Assembly (NCBI GenBank): GCA_963843685.1
Contig: CAWJLO010000008.1
Span: 202,027-266,026, forward strand
DNA length: 64,000 bases
DNA from: an uncultured Chloroflexia bacterium
GTDB taxonomy: Bacteria; Chloroflexota; Dehalococcoidia; DSTF01; JACRBR01
Direction: 5' to 3'
The position numbers and the translations under genes are program-made. Shown piece after piece: positions 48,088 through 57,218 of this stretch. The notes below the pieces were generated by a model. The model did no database searches, had not been told where the DNA came from, and saw only the letters and a program-made list of their open reading frames with translations. Each line of letters opens with the position of its first letter. Position 1 is the first letter of the stretch.

Positions 48088-50583
48088 TTACGCGGCGCGC
48101 GGCTCGACCGTCCGGGCCGGCCGGCGTAAGCGCGCGCGGTCGATGACGGCGTACGTCGCGATCTTCACCCGGTCGTTGAAGGCGAACCAGGCGAGCGCGT
48201 AGGCCCACACGAAGGCGGCCCAGCCCCAACCGATCGGCGTCATGAAGAGGCCGGACACGGCGATCAGCGTCGCGACGACCTGCGTGCCGAAGACGGCGAT
48301 GAGGAGGATGTTGGATGGGCGGCTGGACCAGAACGGGCCGCGCGTGCGGGTGACGAAGATGGTCAGGTGGCCGGCCACGGAGAGTTTCAGATACATGAGC
48401 GTCCGAATGTGGTCATGATCGAGGCCGAACACGCGGTCGGCGAGGACGAACAGCGAAAACGACGCCATCACACCGGCGACGCCCAGCGCCGTCGCGACGC
48501 TGAGGACGAGGGACATGTCCCAGGCCTCGGGTCGGTGCGCATATTCGGCGCGGTCGTAGGCGATCGAAAGGATGGCGCCGTCGTTGAGGAGTGCGAGCAG
48601 CACGATCATGATCGCCGTGACGGGGAAGAAGTTGAAGATGAGGATGGCGAGCGTCATGAAGAGCAGGACGCGGATCGTCTCGGCGATGCGATAGATAGCG
48701 TAGCTGTTCATCCGCTGGAAGATGCGGCGGCTCTCCTGGATGGCGTCGATGACGATGCCGAGGCCGGGCTCGAGCAGCGTGATGTCGGCGGCGGACCTCG
48801 CGGCATCCGTGGCGCCGGAGACGGCGATACCGGCGTCAGCGCGCTTGAGTGCGGGCGCGTCGTTCACGCCGTCGCCCGTCATGCCGACGATGTGCCCGCG
48901 GCTCTGCAGCAGTCCGACGAGCGTGTGCTTGTGTTCGGGGAACACCTGGGCGAAGCCGTCCGCGGCCTCAATCTCGTCGATGATCTTCTCGTCGGGATTC
49001 TCCTCGTCGACCTGCGCGAGGAGGTCGGCCGGGAGGATGTCAGCGCCGAGGCCCAGCTCGCGGCTCACCTCCTGGGCGATGGCGACCTGGTCGCCAGTCA
49101 CCATCTTCACGTCGACACCCATGTCCCGGGCCGCCTCGATCGTCGAACGCGCGTCGTCGCGAGGCGGATCGAAGAGCGGGAGCACGCCGAGTGCCTGCCA
49201 CTGACCCGTCGCGTCGGTGCGCGCCACGCCAAGTGAGCGGAACCCTCTTTTCGCGAAGGCGTCCACGGCGGCGTCGACGTCGTGCTGGACGGCGGAGGCG
49301 TTCGCGGACATCGCCATGACGACCTGCGGCGCGCCCTTCGCGACCCGAAAGGCGACACCGTCCGGGCCGGTCACGGTAGCCTCGGTGCGCTTCACGACGG
49401 GATCAAATGGCACGAATCGCGTGACTCGATAGCCGCGATCCTCGAGGGGCTGGTGGACGGCGCCGAGCACGGCGAGATCGATCGGGTCCTTATCTTCGGC
49501 ACGGGAGGCGAGGGCGGCGGATGCGATCAGCTCGTCCGGGCTCAGGCCGGCGACGACGAACGGCTCGCCGAGCGTGAGCTTGTTCTGCGTGAGCGTGCCG
49601 GTCTTGTCGGAGCAGAGGATGTCCACACCGGCCAGCTCCTCGACGGCGGCGAGCTTGGTGACGATCGCCTGGCGACGGGCGAGCAGTCGCGCGCCGACGG
49701 CCATGGTGACGGAGAGCACTGTGGGCATCGCCACGGGGATGCCGGCGACAGTCAGCACAAGGCAGAACTGCAGCGTGGAGATTACGCCCTCGTGGCGGGC
49801 GATCGACACGACGATGATCAACGTCACGAGGGCGAGGGCGAGCGCGATCAGGTAGTTACCGATCTGCAGGACGGCGCGCTGGAAGTGGCTGGTGGTGTGC
49901 GTTGTCTCGACAAGGAGGGCTGTCTCGCCGAAGTAGGTGTCGCGCCCGGTCGCGTAGACGACGCCGTCGATCTCGCCGCGCTTGATGATCGAGCCGGAGT
50001 ACACGGGGTCGCTTTCGCCGCGCGAGACGGGCAGCGACTCGCCCGTGAGCTGGGACTGATCCACTTCGACGGGATCGCCATCGAGGAGGCGCGTATCGGC
50101 CGGCACGATATCGCCGATGCGGAGGCGGACCACGTCGCCAGGCACGAGCTCGCGCGCGGCGATCGAGGTCCAGGCGCCGTCCCGGCGCACGCGCGCTCCG
50201 AGTGAGAGGCGCGCCTTGAGCGCAGCGATGGCGTTCCCCGCCTGGTACTCCTCCCAGAAGCCGACGCCGGCGTTGGCGACGAGCAGAGTGAGGATGATGC
50301 CGAGGTCCGGCCAGCGCCCGACGAGCCCGGAGAGGAGTGCGGCGATCTCGATCATCCAGGGGATCGGGCCCCAGAAGTAGGACAGCAGGCGCAAGACGGG
50401 ATTGGGGCGATCTTCGGGCAGCTCGTTTGGGCCGTGCTCGGCGAGGCGGCGGGCGGCCTCGGCGCCGCTGAGCCCCTCCGGCGACGTGTTTAGCCGCGTC
50501 TCGAGCGCCGCGAGATCGATGCTCGTGAGGTCGCCCTGCGCGGACCCCTTCCGGGACTTGTTGACGCCGCGGGCGAGCCTCAT
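48088..50583 (-). CDS. P-type ATPase, type IIIA (plasma-membrane H+-ATPase-like).
   Basis: CSDKTGTLTQNKL and MTGDGVNDAPALKRADAGIAV, with an H+-ATPase-like N-terminus. The ATG at 50583 overlaps the upstream methyltransferase stop (ATGA). Confidence 0.85.
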   Translation of the reverse strand: MRLARGVNKSRKGSAQGDLTSIDLAALETRLNTSPEGLSGAEAARRLAEHGPNELPEDRPNPVLRLLSYFWGPIPWMIEIAALLSGLVGRWPDLGIILTLLVANAGVGFWEEYQAGNAIAALKARLSLGARVRRDGAWTSIAARELVPGDVVRLRIGDIVPADTRLLDGDPVEVDQSQLTGESLPVSRGESDPVYSGSIIKRGEIDGVVYATGRDTYFGETALLVETTHTTSHFQRAVLQIGNYLIALALALVTLIIVVSIARHEGVISTLQFCLVLTVAGIPVAMPTVLSVTMAVGARLLARRQAIVTKLAAVEELAGVDILCSDKTGTLTQNKLTLGEPFVVAGLSPDELIASAALASRAEDKDPIDLAVLGAVHQPLEDRGYRVTRFVPFDPVVKRTEATVTGPDGVAFRVAKGAPQVVMAMSANASAVQHDVDAAVDAFAKRGFRSLGVARTDATGQWQALGVLPLFDPPRDDARSTIEAARDMGVDVKMVTGDQVAIAQEVSRELGLGADILPADLLAQVDEENPDEKIIDEIEAADGFAQVFPEHKHTLVGLLQSRGHIVGMTGDGVNDAPALKRADAGIAVSGATDAARSAADITLLEPGLGIVIDAIQESRRIFQRMNSYAIYRIAETIRVLLFMTLAILIFNFFPVTAIMIVLLALLNDGAILSIAYDRAEYAHRPEAWDMSLVLSVATALGVAGVMASFSLFVLADRVFGLDHDHIRTLMYLKLSVAGHLTIFVTRTRGPFWSSRPSNILLIAVFGTQVVATLIAVSGLFMTPIGWGWAAFVWAYALAWFAFNDRVKIATYAVIDRARLRRPARTVEPRAA

Positions 50584-51239
50584 ATGCCGTCTTCGGCCTT
50601 CCGCGCCAACACGATATCGGCGGGCAATCCCCACACACCGATCCGACGCACCGTGCCGATCTCGAAGCCGGCGGCGGCGGCGCTGCTTGCCGCGTAGATC
50701 GGGCGACAGTCAAGGAGGCGAGGGAAGAGCGCATGCCCGCGCTCGTACAGTCGAGTCATGAGGTTGGGCGAGTCGCGCGTCAGGCTGAGGTTGACGAAGC
50801 GTCCGCCGGGCTTCAGCACGCGTCGAATTTCAGTCAGGGCGATCGCGATGGCGTCCGTGGGGAGGAGCTCCAGCACGAAGCTCATGAACACGAGGTCGAA
50901 CCGGTCACCTGCGACAGGCAGCCGCGTTGCGTCGCCGAGCGCGAGCATGGCGTGGCCGTCACAGCGGCGCCGGGCCTCGCGCAGCATGCCGGGGGCGAGG
51001 TCAACGCCGACGGCGGCGCCGTTGGCGCCGACCGCCGCGGCGAGACGGGCGAGCGCGCGGCCGGGGCCCGGCCCGATTTCGAGCGCGGCCTCGCCCGGGC
51101 GCGCAGCGGCGAGATCGACGGCGCGGCGGATGGCGGATCTCTCGAACACGCCTTCCGTGCGATCGTAGATGCGGCTGAGACGGTCGTAGGTGCGCTGCGC
51201 GTCGCGCGAGGTGGTGCGGACGGGCAGGATCTCGGGCAT
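50580..51239 (-). CDS. Class I SAM-dependent methyltransferase.
   Basis: ALEIGPGPGR SAM motif. Translationally coupled to the P-type ATPase. Confidence 0.8.
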   Translation of the reverse strand: MPEILPVRTTSRDAQRTYDRLSRIYDRTEGVFERSAIRRAVDLAAARPGEAALEIGPGPGRALARLAAAVGANGAAVGVDLAPGMLREARRRCDGHAMLALGDATRLPVAGDRFDLVFMSFVLELLPTDAIAIALTEIRRVLKPGGRFVNLSLTRDSPNLMTRLYERGHALFPRLLDCRPIYAASSAAAAGFEIGTVRRIGVWGLPADIVLARKAEDGI

Positions 51240-51280
51240 GTCTTACGCCCCTGTGGCACGACGCGGTCGTCGCGGCATCG

Positions 51281-51694
51281 CTACGATGCCTCCTCGGACC
51301 AGCGTACGAGGGTGACGGGCGCGACGCCGCTACGGACGATGTCTTCGGCGACGCTTCCCTTCGCCAGCTCCGACAACGGGGAGCGGGCGTGCGTTGCCAT
51401 GACGATGAGGTCCACGCGCTCCTCGCGGGCGACGTCGACGATGCCGCGCACGGGGTCGCCGGCCTTGCTGATGCGTCGCTCGACTGGGACGTCAGGGAGC
51501 GCGTCGGCCGCGGTGGAGAGCAGCTGGGCGAGCGTGCGTTCTTCGTCGCGCGCCAACTCGGGCGTCTCCGGAAGTTCGCCCACACAGAGCAGGACGACGG
51601 TTTCGGCGCCCATGCTCTGCGCGAGCCAGTTCGCAACAGGCAGCGCGGCCCGCGAACCGGCGGAACGATCGATCGGGATGAGGATCTTAGTCAT
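51281..51694 (-). CDS. Universal stress protein (UspA family).
   Basis: 137 aa with a USP fold (ILIPIDRS..., VDLIVMATHARS...). Confidence 0.8.
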   Translation of the reverse strand: MTKILIPIDRSAGSRAALPVANWLAQSMGAETVVLLCVGELPETPELARDEERTLAQLLSTAADALPDVPVERRISKAGDPVRGIVDVAREERVDLIVMATHARSPLSELAKGSVAEDIVRSGVAPVTLVRWSEEAS

Positions 51695-51902
51695 TGAGAG
51701 TCCAACTGTCCGTCATCAAGACGCGGCGCCAGCCGCGCGATCCAACCTTCGTGAAGAGCATAGCGCGCGTCGATTGCGGAAGACCCATGCCATTCGGACG
51801 GACTTGGCGAAGCGAACGTCCTTGTGATGAATTCTTCTCGAACAGCGATGTGCGGCGCACATTGGCGCCCTCTCACGTAGCGCGGGCGGTGCTACGGGCG
51901 TG

Positions 51903-52592
51903 CTAGCCGTCGAGGATGATGCGGAGGGCCGCATCGACGTCGGCGAGGTCCTCGATCGCGGTATCGGCGCCGGCGCCGCGGAGCTCCTCGATTGAGTTGC
52001 GGCCGGTGGCGACGGCGAGGGCGAAGGCGTCGTTGGCCTTCGCGGCGGTGACATCGTGCGGGGTGTCGCCGATGACGACGACGCGGCCGGGCCGAGTGCC
52101 GTTGGACATGCGATCGATGGCGATGCGGATCACCTCGTGGCGATCGTGGGAGTCCTCGCCGAAGCCGCCGGGGGTGCCGGGGAAGAACTCGGCGATGCCG
52201 AAGTGGCGGAGTTTCAGCTCGCCCCCGCGGCGGAGGTTGCCGGTGCCGAGCGCCTGCGTCACGCCGTCGCGGGCGTGCAGCGCCTCGAGAATCGCGCGGA
52301 TTCCGGGCATGAGGCGGCCGCCTTCGACTTCGCGCAAGGAGGCGGCGAGGTGCGGAATGTAGGCTTCGCGGAGGCGGGCCAGCTCCTCTTCAACGCGGCT
52401 GTCGTCGATGCCGTGCTCGCGGGCGGCGTCGCGGAAGATGGCTGTGTCGGTGCGGCCGGAGAACTCGACGCGGCGGAAGGCGTCGGGGACGCCGTAGAGG
52501 TCCTCGAAGGCGCGTGCCATGGCGAGGCTGCCGGCGCCGCCGGTGTAGAGGAGGGTGTTGTCGATGTCCCAGAGGATGAGGGTGTGGATCAC
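51903..52592 (-). CDS. HAD-family hydrolase (phosphatase).
   Basis: DxD motif LWDIDNTL and a C-terminal GDTPHD. Confidence 0.8.
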   Translation of the reverse strand: MIHTLILWDIDNTLLYTGGAGSLAMARAFEDLYGVPDAFRRVEFSGRTDTAIFRDAAREHGIDDSRVEEELARLREAYIPHLAASLREVEGGRLMPGIRAILEALHARDGVTQALGTGNLRRGGELKLRHFGIAEFFPGTPGGFGEDSHDRHEVIRIAIDRMSNGTRPGRVVVIGDTPHDVTAAKANDAFALAVATGRNSIEELRGAGADTAIEDLADVDAALRIILDG

Positions 52593-52720
52593 GGTGGGAG
52601 TCTACGGGTTGAGGTTATGGGGTGACAGTTTTCGTGATGCTTGAATCGTTTGCGTTCTCTCGCGACGGTGAGGGCGCTGCACTCCCTGCTTCTCCAGGTG
52701 GGGAACGACGGTGGGCGGCG

Positions 52721-52912
52721 CTAGTAGATCTCGACGCGCTCTTCCACTTCATCTTCGGTGCAGAGGCGTTCGGTGCCGAGGCGCGCAGCATCTTCACTTT
52801 CGACGTAGCGGAGGAGGATCTCGCGACCGTCGACCGTCTCGGCTACGACCTCGGCGATTGATTTGTCCGAGAGTCGAACGCGATCGCCCGGCTCCAGGTC
52901 GTACAAGTCCAT
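52721..52912 (-). CDS. Small hypothetical protein (63 aa).
   Basis: ATG at 52912 with GGAAG SD. Acidic, coding-like. The upstream extension of the ORF-track entry is not used. Confidence 0.45.
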   Translation of the reverse strand: MDLYDLEPGDRVRLSDKSIAEVVAETVDGREILLRYVESEDAARLGTERLCTEDEVEERVEIY

Positions 52913-52972
52913 GATCCGCTTCCTATCCAGGCACAGGCGGGGGCGCCTGTGCTCCATCGCGGCGGGCAAGGA

Positions 52973-53311
52973 TTACTCGACGGGGTGGCCGGCTTTGCGC
53001 CAGGCTTCGGTGCCGCCGTCGAGGGTGTAGAGGCGATCGGCGGGGAGGCCGGCGGCGGCGGCCATCTCGGCGGCGAGGGCGCTGCGCTGGCCGACGGCGC
53101 AGACGAAGAGGAGCTTGCCGTCCTTGGGGAGCTCCTCGCGGCGGTTCCAGACGCTGTTGACGGGGATGAGCGTGGCGCCGGGGAGGTGGCCACCGCTGAA
53201 CTCGTTCGGTTCACGCACGTCGATCACAGCGACGCCATCAGCGCCGACCATCTCGACCGCCTCCGGCACGTCGACGCGGTAGAAGGGCTCACGCTCGTCT
53301 TTCTTGGGCAT
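52973..53311 (-). CDS. Rhodanese-domain sulfurtransferase.
   Basis: Single rhodanese domain with the active-site loop CAVGQRS. Confidence 0.8.
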   Translation of the reverse strand: MPKKDEREPFYRVDVPEAVEMVGADGVAVIDVREPNEFSGGHLPGATLIPVNSVWNRREELPKDGKLLFVCAVGQRSALAAEMAAAAGLPADRLYTLDGGTEAWRKAGHPVE

Positions 53312-53472
53312 GTCGGCGGCGCTCCTCGCTCGTGTAAGTGGACGAATTCAGTCTGACAATTCGCGGGGTGGGCGGCAACGGACGGCGCGGGCCGGCGTTG
53401 TTGACCGCCTGCCGGGGTCGGGCTAGATTGGCCATGCCGCGATTCAAGCCAGATTCGAGTGAGGTATCGCCG

Positions 53473-55236
53473 ATGGACTACCCGATCATCCCGAAGCCGC
53501 CGATCGACCAGTTCAAGGTGCGCCCGAACCTGGACGACTACGCCAAGATCCGGGCGAGCTTCGTCTATCCGGACGTGGTGAAAGAGCTGGACGGGCTCGG
53601 CGGCGGCGCGCAAGGGGGCGCGGGCGGCGCGCTCAACATCGCGTACGAATCGATCGACCGGCACCTGAAGCACGGCGGGGCGGAGCGTCTGTGCTGGATC
53701 TGGGAGGGGAAGGACGGAGCGATCGAGCGGTACACGTACGCGGACGCGGCGCGGATGTCGAACCGGTTCGCAAACATGCTCGGGGCGCTGGGGATCAAGA
53801 AGGGCGAGCGCGTGTTCTGCTTCATGGACCGGGTGCCGGAGCTGTACGCGGCGGTGTTCGGGACGCTGAAGGCGGGGTGCGTGACGGGGCCGCTGTTCTC
53901 GGCGTTCGGGCCGGACGCGGCGGGGGACCGGCTGGCGGACGCAGGGGCGTCGGTGCTGGTGACGTCGCCGGAGCAGCGGGCGAAGGTGGCGCAGATGAAG
54001 CCGAACCTGCCGGAGCTGCGGCACATCATCATCGTCGACCACGGCAAGGAGCCGAAGCTGGAGCCGGGCGAGCTTTCGTGGAACGAGCTGTACGCCGCGG
54101 CGTCGGACGAGTACGAGATCGTGCGGACGGACCCGGAAGACCCGGCGGTGATGCACTACACGTCGGGGACGACGGGGAAGTCGAAGGGGGCGGTGCACGT
54201 ACACCAGGCGGTGCTGGGGCACTACGCGACGGGGAAGTACGTGCTCGATCTGCACCGGGACGACATCTACTGGTGCACGGCGGACCCGGGGTGGGTGACG
54301 GGGACGTCGTACGGGATGTTCGCGCCGCACACGAACGGCGTGACGTCGCTGATCTACGAGGGCGGGTTTTCGGCGAGCAAGTGGTACGAGCTGATCGACC
54401 GGCACAAGGTGACGGTGTGGTACACGGCGCCGACGGCGATCCGGCTGCTGATGAAGGCGGGCGACGAGATCCCGAAGAAGCACGACCTCTCGAGCCTGCG
54501 GTACACGATGTCGGTGGGCGAGCCGCTCAACCCGGAGGCTGTGGTGTGGTCGGACAGGGTGCTGGGGCTGCCGTTCCACGACAACTGGTGGCAGACGGAG
54601 ACGGGCTCGATCATGATCGCGAACTACCCGTGGATGCCGATCAAGCCGGGGAGCATGGGGCGGCCGATGCCGGGGATCGAGCCGGGGATCATCGACGACG
54701 ACGGGAACGTGAAGGCGCCGGGAGAGGAGGGCGACCTCGCGCTGCGGCCGGGGTGGCCATCGATGTTCCGGACGTACTGGAACAACGAGGCGATGTACAA
54801 GAGCAAGTTCCGCAACGGCTGGTACATCACGGGCGACCGGGGACGGATGGACGAGGACGGCTACTTCTGGTTCGTGGGGCGTTCGGACGACGTGATCAAC
54901 ACGGCGGGGCACCTGGTGGGGCCGTTCGAGGTGGAGAGCGCGCTGATCGAGCATCCGGCGGTGGCGGAGGCGGGCGTGATCGGCAAGCCGGACCCGGTGG
55001 CGATGGAGATCGTGAAGGCGTTCGTGACGCTGAAGGACGGGTACGAGCAGAGCGAGAAGCTGCGGCATGAGCTGATGCAGTTCGCGCGAAAGAAGCTGGG
55101 GCCGGGCGTGGCGCCGCGGGAGATCGACTTCATCGACGTGCTGCCGAAGACGCGCAGCGGGAAGATCATGCGGCGGCTGCTGAAGGCGCGGGAGCTGGGG
55201 CTGCCGGAGGGCGACACGAGCACGCTGGAGGATTAG
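53473..55236 (+). CDS. Acetyl-CoA synthetase-like AMP-forming acyl-CoA ligase.
   Basis: NIAYESIDRHL, YTSGTTGKSKG, WCTADPGWVTGTSYG, PKTRSGKIMRRLL and a C-terminal GDTSTLED all match acetate--CoA ligase. The ATG at 53473 has a GAGGT SD. Confidence 0.85.
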   Translation: MDYPIIPKPPIDQFKVRPNLDDYAKIRASFVYPDVVKELDGLGGGAQGGAGGALNIAYESIDRHLKHGGAERLCWIWEGKDGAIERYTYADAARMSNRFANMLGALGIKKGERVFCFMDRVPELYAAVFGTLKAGCVTGPLFSAFGPDAAGDRLADAGASVLVTSPEQRAKVAQMKPNLPELRHIIIVDHGKEPKLEPGELSWNELYAAASDEYEIVRTDPEDPAVMHYTSGTTGKSKGAVHVHQAVLGHYATGKYVLDLHRDDIYWCTADPGWVTGTSYGMFAPHTNGVTSLIYEGGFSASKWYELIDRHKVTVWYTAPTAIRLLMKAGDEIPKKHDLSSLRYTMSVGEPLNPEAVVWSDRVLGLPFHDNWWQTETGSIMIANYPWMPIKPGSMGRPMPGIEPGIIDDDGNVKAPGEEGDLALRPGWPSMFRTYWNNEAMYKSKFRNGWYITGDRGRMDEDGYFWFVGRSDDVINTAGHLVGPFEVESALIEHPAVAEAGVIGKPDPVAMEIVKAFVTLKDGYEQSEKLRHELMQFARKKLGPGVAPREIDFIDVLPKTRSGKIMRRLLKARELGLPEGDTSTLED

Positions 55237-55240
55237 ACGA

Positions 55241-56443
55241 GTGCCCGATTACGACATCATCACGGTGGGCGGGGGACTGGCCGGATCGTCGCTGGCGATG
55301 GCGATGGCGGGGCGGGGTTACCGGGTGCTGGTGATCGAGCGGGACACGGCGTTCAGGGACCGAGTGCGGGGCGAGCAGATGGCGGCGTGGGGCGCGGCGG
55401 ACGCCAAGGCGCTCGGGGTGTTCGACATCCTCAAAGACAGCTGCGGGCACCTCGTCGACCTGTGGGCGACACACATCGGGCCGATGGCGATCGGTGCGGC
55501 GCGGAAGCTGAGTGAGTCGACGGCGGCGGGAATGCCAAACGTCACGTTCTACCACCCGGAGATGCAGGAAGTGTTGATCGGCGCGGCGGAGGCGGCGGGG
55601 GCGACGGTGCTGCGCGGGGCGCGCGTGACTGGCATTGAGCCCGGGGCGACGCCCAGTGTCGCGTACGAGCGGAACGGATCATCGGAGCGGGCGAGCGCGC
55701 GGCTGGTGGCGGCGACGGACGGACGGAACTCGCCGGCGCGGAATTGGGGCGGCTTCGCGGCGAAGCAAGATCCGCCGCGATTGCAGATCGGCGGCGTGCT
55801 GATGGAGGGCGTCGACCTGCCGGACGACACGCTGCGGCTGCACCTCCAGCCGAACGAAGGGCGTGCCGGAATCCTGTTCCCGCAGGGGGGCGACAGGGTC
55901 CGCGCATATTTCGCGAGCGGCGTGGAACGTCCGCGGCTCTCGGGAGAAGCGGGCTTCAAGGCGATGATCGAACAGTTCGCGGCGATCGGCATCGACCGGG
56001 GGATCTTCGAGCGGGCGAAGATGATCGGGCCGCTGGCGACGTTCGACGGGGCGGACAGCTACGTTCCGTGGCCGTATCGGGAGGGCGTGGCGCTGGTGGG
56101 GGACGCGGCGGCGACGAGCGACCCGTCGTGGGGGCAGGGGCTCTCGCTGACCATGCGCGACGTGCGGACGCTGCGCGACAAGCTCATCGAGAGCGACGAC
56201 TGGGACGCGGCGGGGAAGGCGTACGCGGCGGCGCACGACGACTATTACGGGCGGCTGCACGAGTTCGAGGACTGGTTCACCACGTTCTGGTACAAGACCG
56301 GGCCCGAGGCGGATGCGATGCGCGCGCGTGCGATGCCCCGGCTGGCGGTGGAGGGACTCCCAGACCCGTTCCAGAGCGGGCCGGAATCCGAGGACTGCAG
56401 CCCGGAGGCGCGCCGGCGCTTCTTCGCGGAGGACGCGGCCTGA
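55241..56443 (+). CDS. FAD-dependent oxidoreductase/monooxygenase (geranylgeranyl reductase-like).
   Basis: GGGLAGSSLA dinucleotide motif and a GD motif. GTG preceded by GGAGGA. Confidence 0.75.
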   Translation: MPDYDIITVGGGLAGSSLAMAMAGRGYRVLVIERDTAFRDRVRGEQMAAWGAADAKALGVFDILKDSCGHLVDLWATHIGPMAIGAARKLSESTAAGMPNVTFYHPEMQEVLIGAAEAAGATVLRGARVTGIEPGATPSVAYERNGSSERASARLVAATDGRNSPARNWGGFAAKQDPPRLQIGGVLMEGVDLPDDTLRLHLQPNEGRAGILFPQGGDRVRAYFASGVERPRLSGEAGFKAMIEQFAAIGIDRGIFERAKMIGPLATFDGADSYVPWPYREGVALVGDAAATSDPSWGQGLSLTMRDVRTLRDKLIESDDWDAAGKAYAAAHDDYYGRLHEFEDWFTTFWYKTGPEADAMRARAMPRLAVEGLPDPFQSGPESEDCSPEARRRFFAEDAA

Positions 56444-56465
56444 GCGCCTGCCGCGTGGCCCAGCC

Positions 56466-57086
56466 ATGACGTCGATACGGCACGATCCGGAGGAGCACGC
56501 CAACACGCTCCGGCTGGAGGCGTTCAGCGACGGCGTGTTCGCGATCGCGATCACGCTGCTGGTGCTGGAGATCGGCGTGCCGCACGTCGATGCGAATCAG
56601 AGCCTGGGCGAGGCGCTGCGGCACCTGTGGCCGTCGTACTTTGGGTACGCGGTGAGCTTCCTGACGATCGGCGTGATGTGGATCAACCACCACGCACTGT
56701 TCAAGGACATCGACCGGCAGGACCACACGCTGCTGGTGCTGAACCTGCTGCTTCTGCTTGGCGTGGCGTTCCTGCCGTTCCCGACGGCGGTGGTGGCGGA
56801 ATACATGCGGGAGAGCGAGCACCGTCTGACGGCGGCGCTGACGTGGGGCTGCACGCTGGTAGCGATCGCGACGGCGTTCGACGCGCTGTGGCTGTACGCA
56901 TCGGTGGGGCGACGGCTGATCGACGATCATGTGAGCGACGCGCGGCTGAGGAGCCGGACGCGGCGCTATCTGCCGGGGCCGCTGATGTACCTGGTGGCGA
57001 TCGCGCTGGCGTTCGTGAGCCCGTGGATCACGCTGGGGTTGTTCGGGGCGTACGCGGTGTTCTGGCTGCTGCCGATCCCGGAGTGA
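56466..57086 (+). CDS. DUF1211/TMEM175-family membrane protein (putative K+ channel homolog).
   Basis: Signature RLEAFSDGVFAIAITLLVLEI and six TM helices. Confidence 0.75.
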   Translation: MTSIRHDPEEHANTLRLEAFSDGVFAIAITLLVLEIGVPHVDANQSLGEALRHLWPSYFGYAVSFLTIGVMWINHHALFKDIDRQDHTLLVLNLLLLLGVAFLPFPTAVVAEYMRESEHRLTAALTWGCTLVAIATAFDALWLYASVGRRLIDDHVSDARLRSRTRRYLPGPLMYLVAIALAFVSPWITLGLFGAYAVFWLLPIPE

Positions 57087-57218
57087 GCGGCGTGGCGTTT
57101 GGAAGGCGCCGCGCTGTGTTGCTAGGCTGCGGTGAACAGCTCCGGTGACAATACCCATCGGCTTGCGGGGATTGGGGTCGTGCATCGAGAGAACCAACGA
57201 GTTCACGACGGGCAACGG

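Noticed and set aside
53224-55068. 614-aa minus-strand ORF antisense to acetyl-CoA synthetase.
   Set aside because: Low-complexity Arg/Pro-rich antisense artefact. The + strand encodes an unambiguous ACS.
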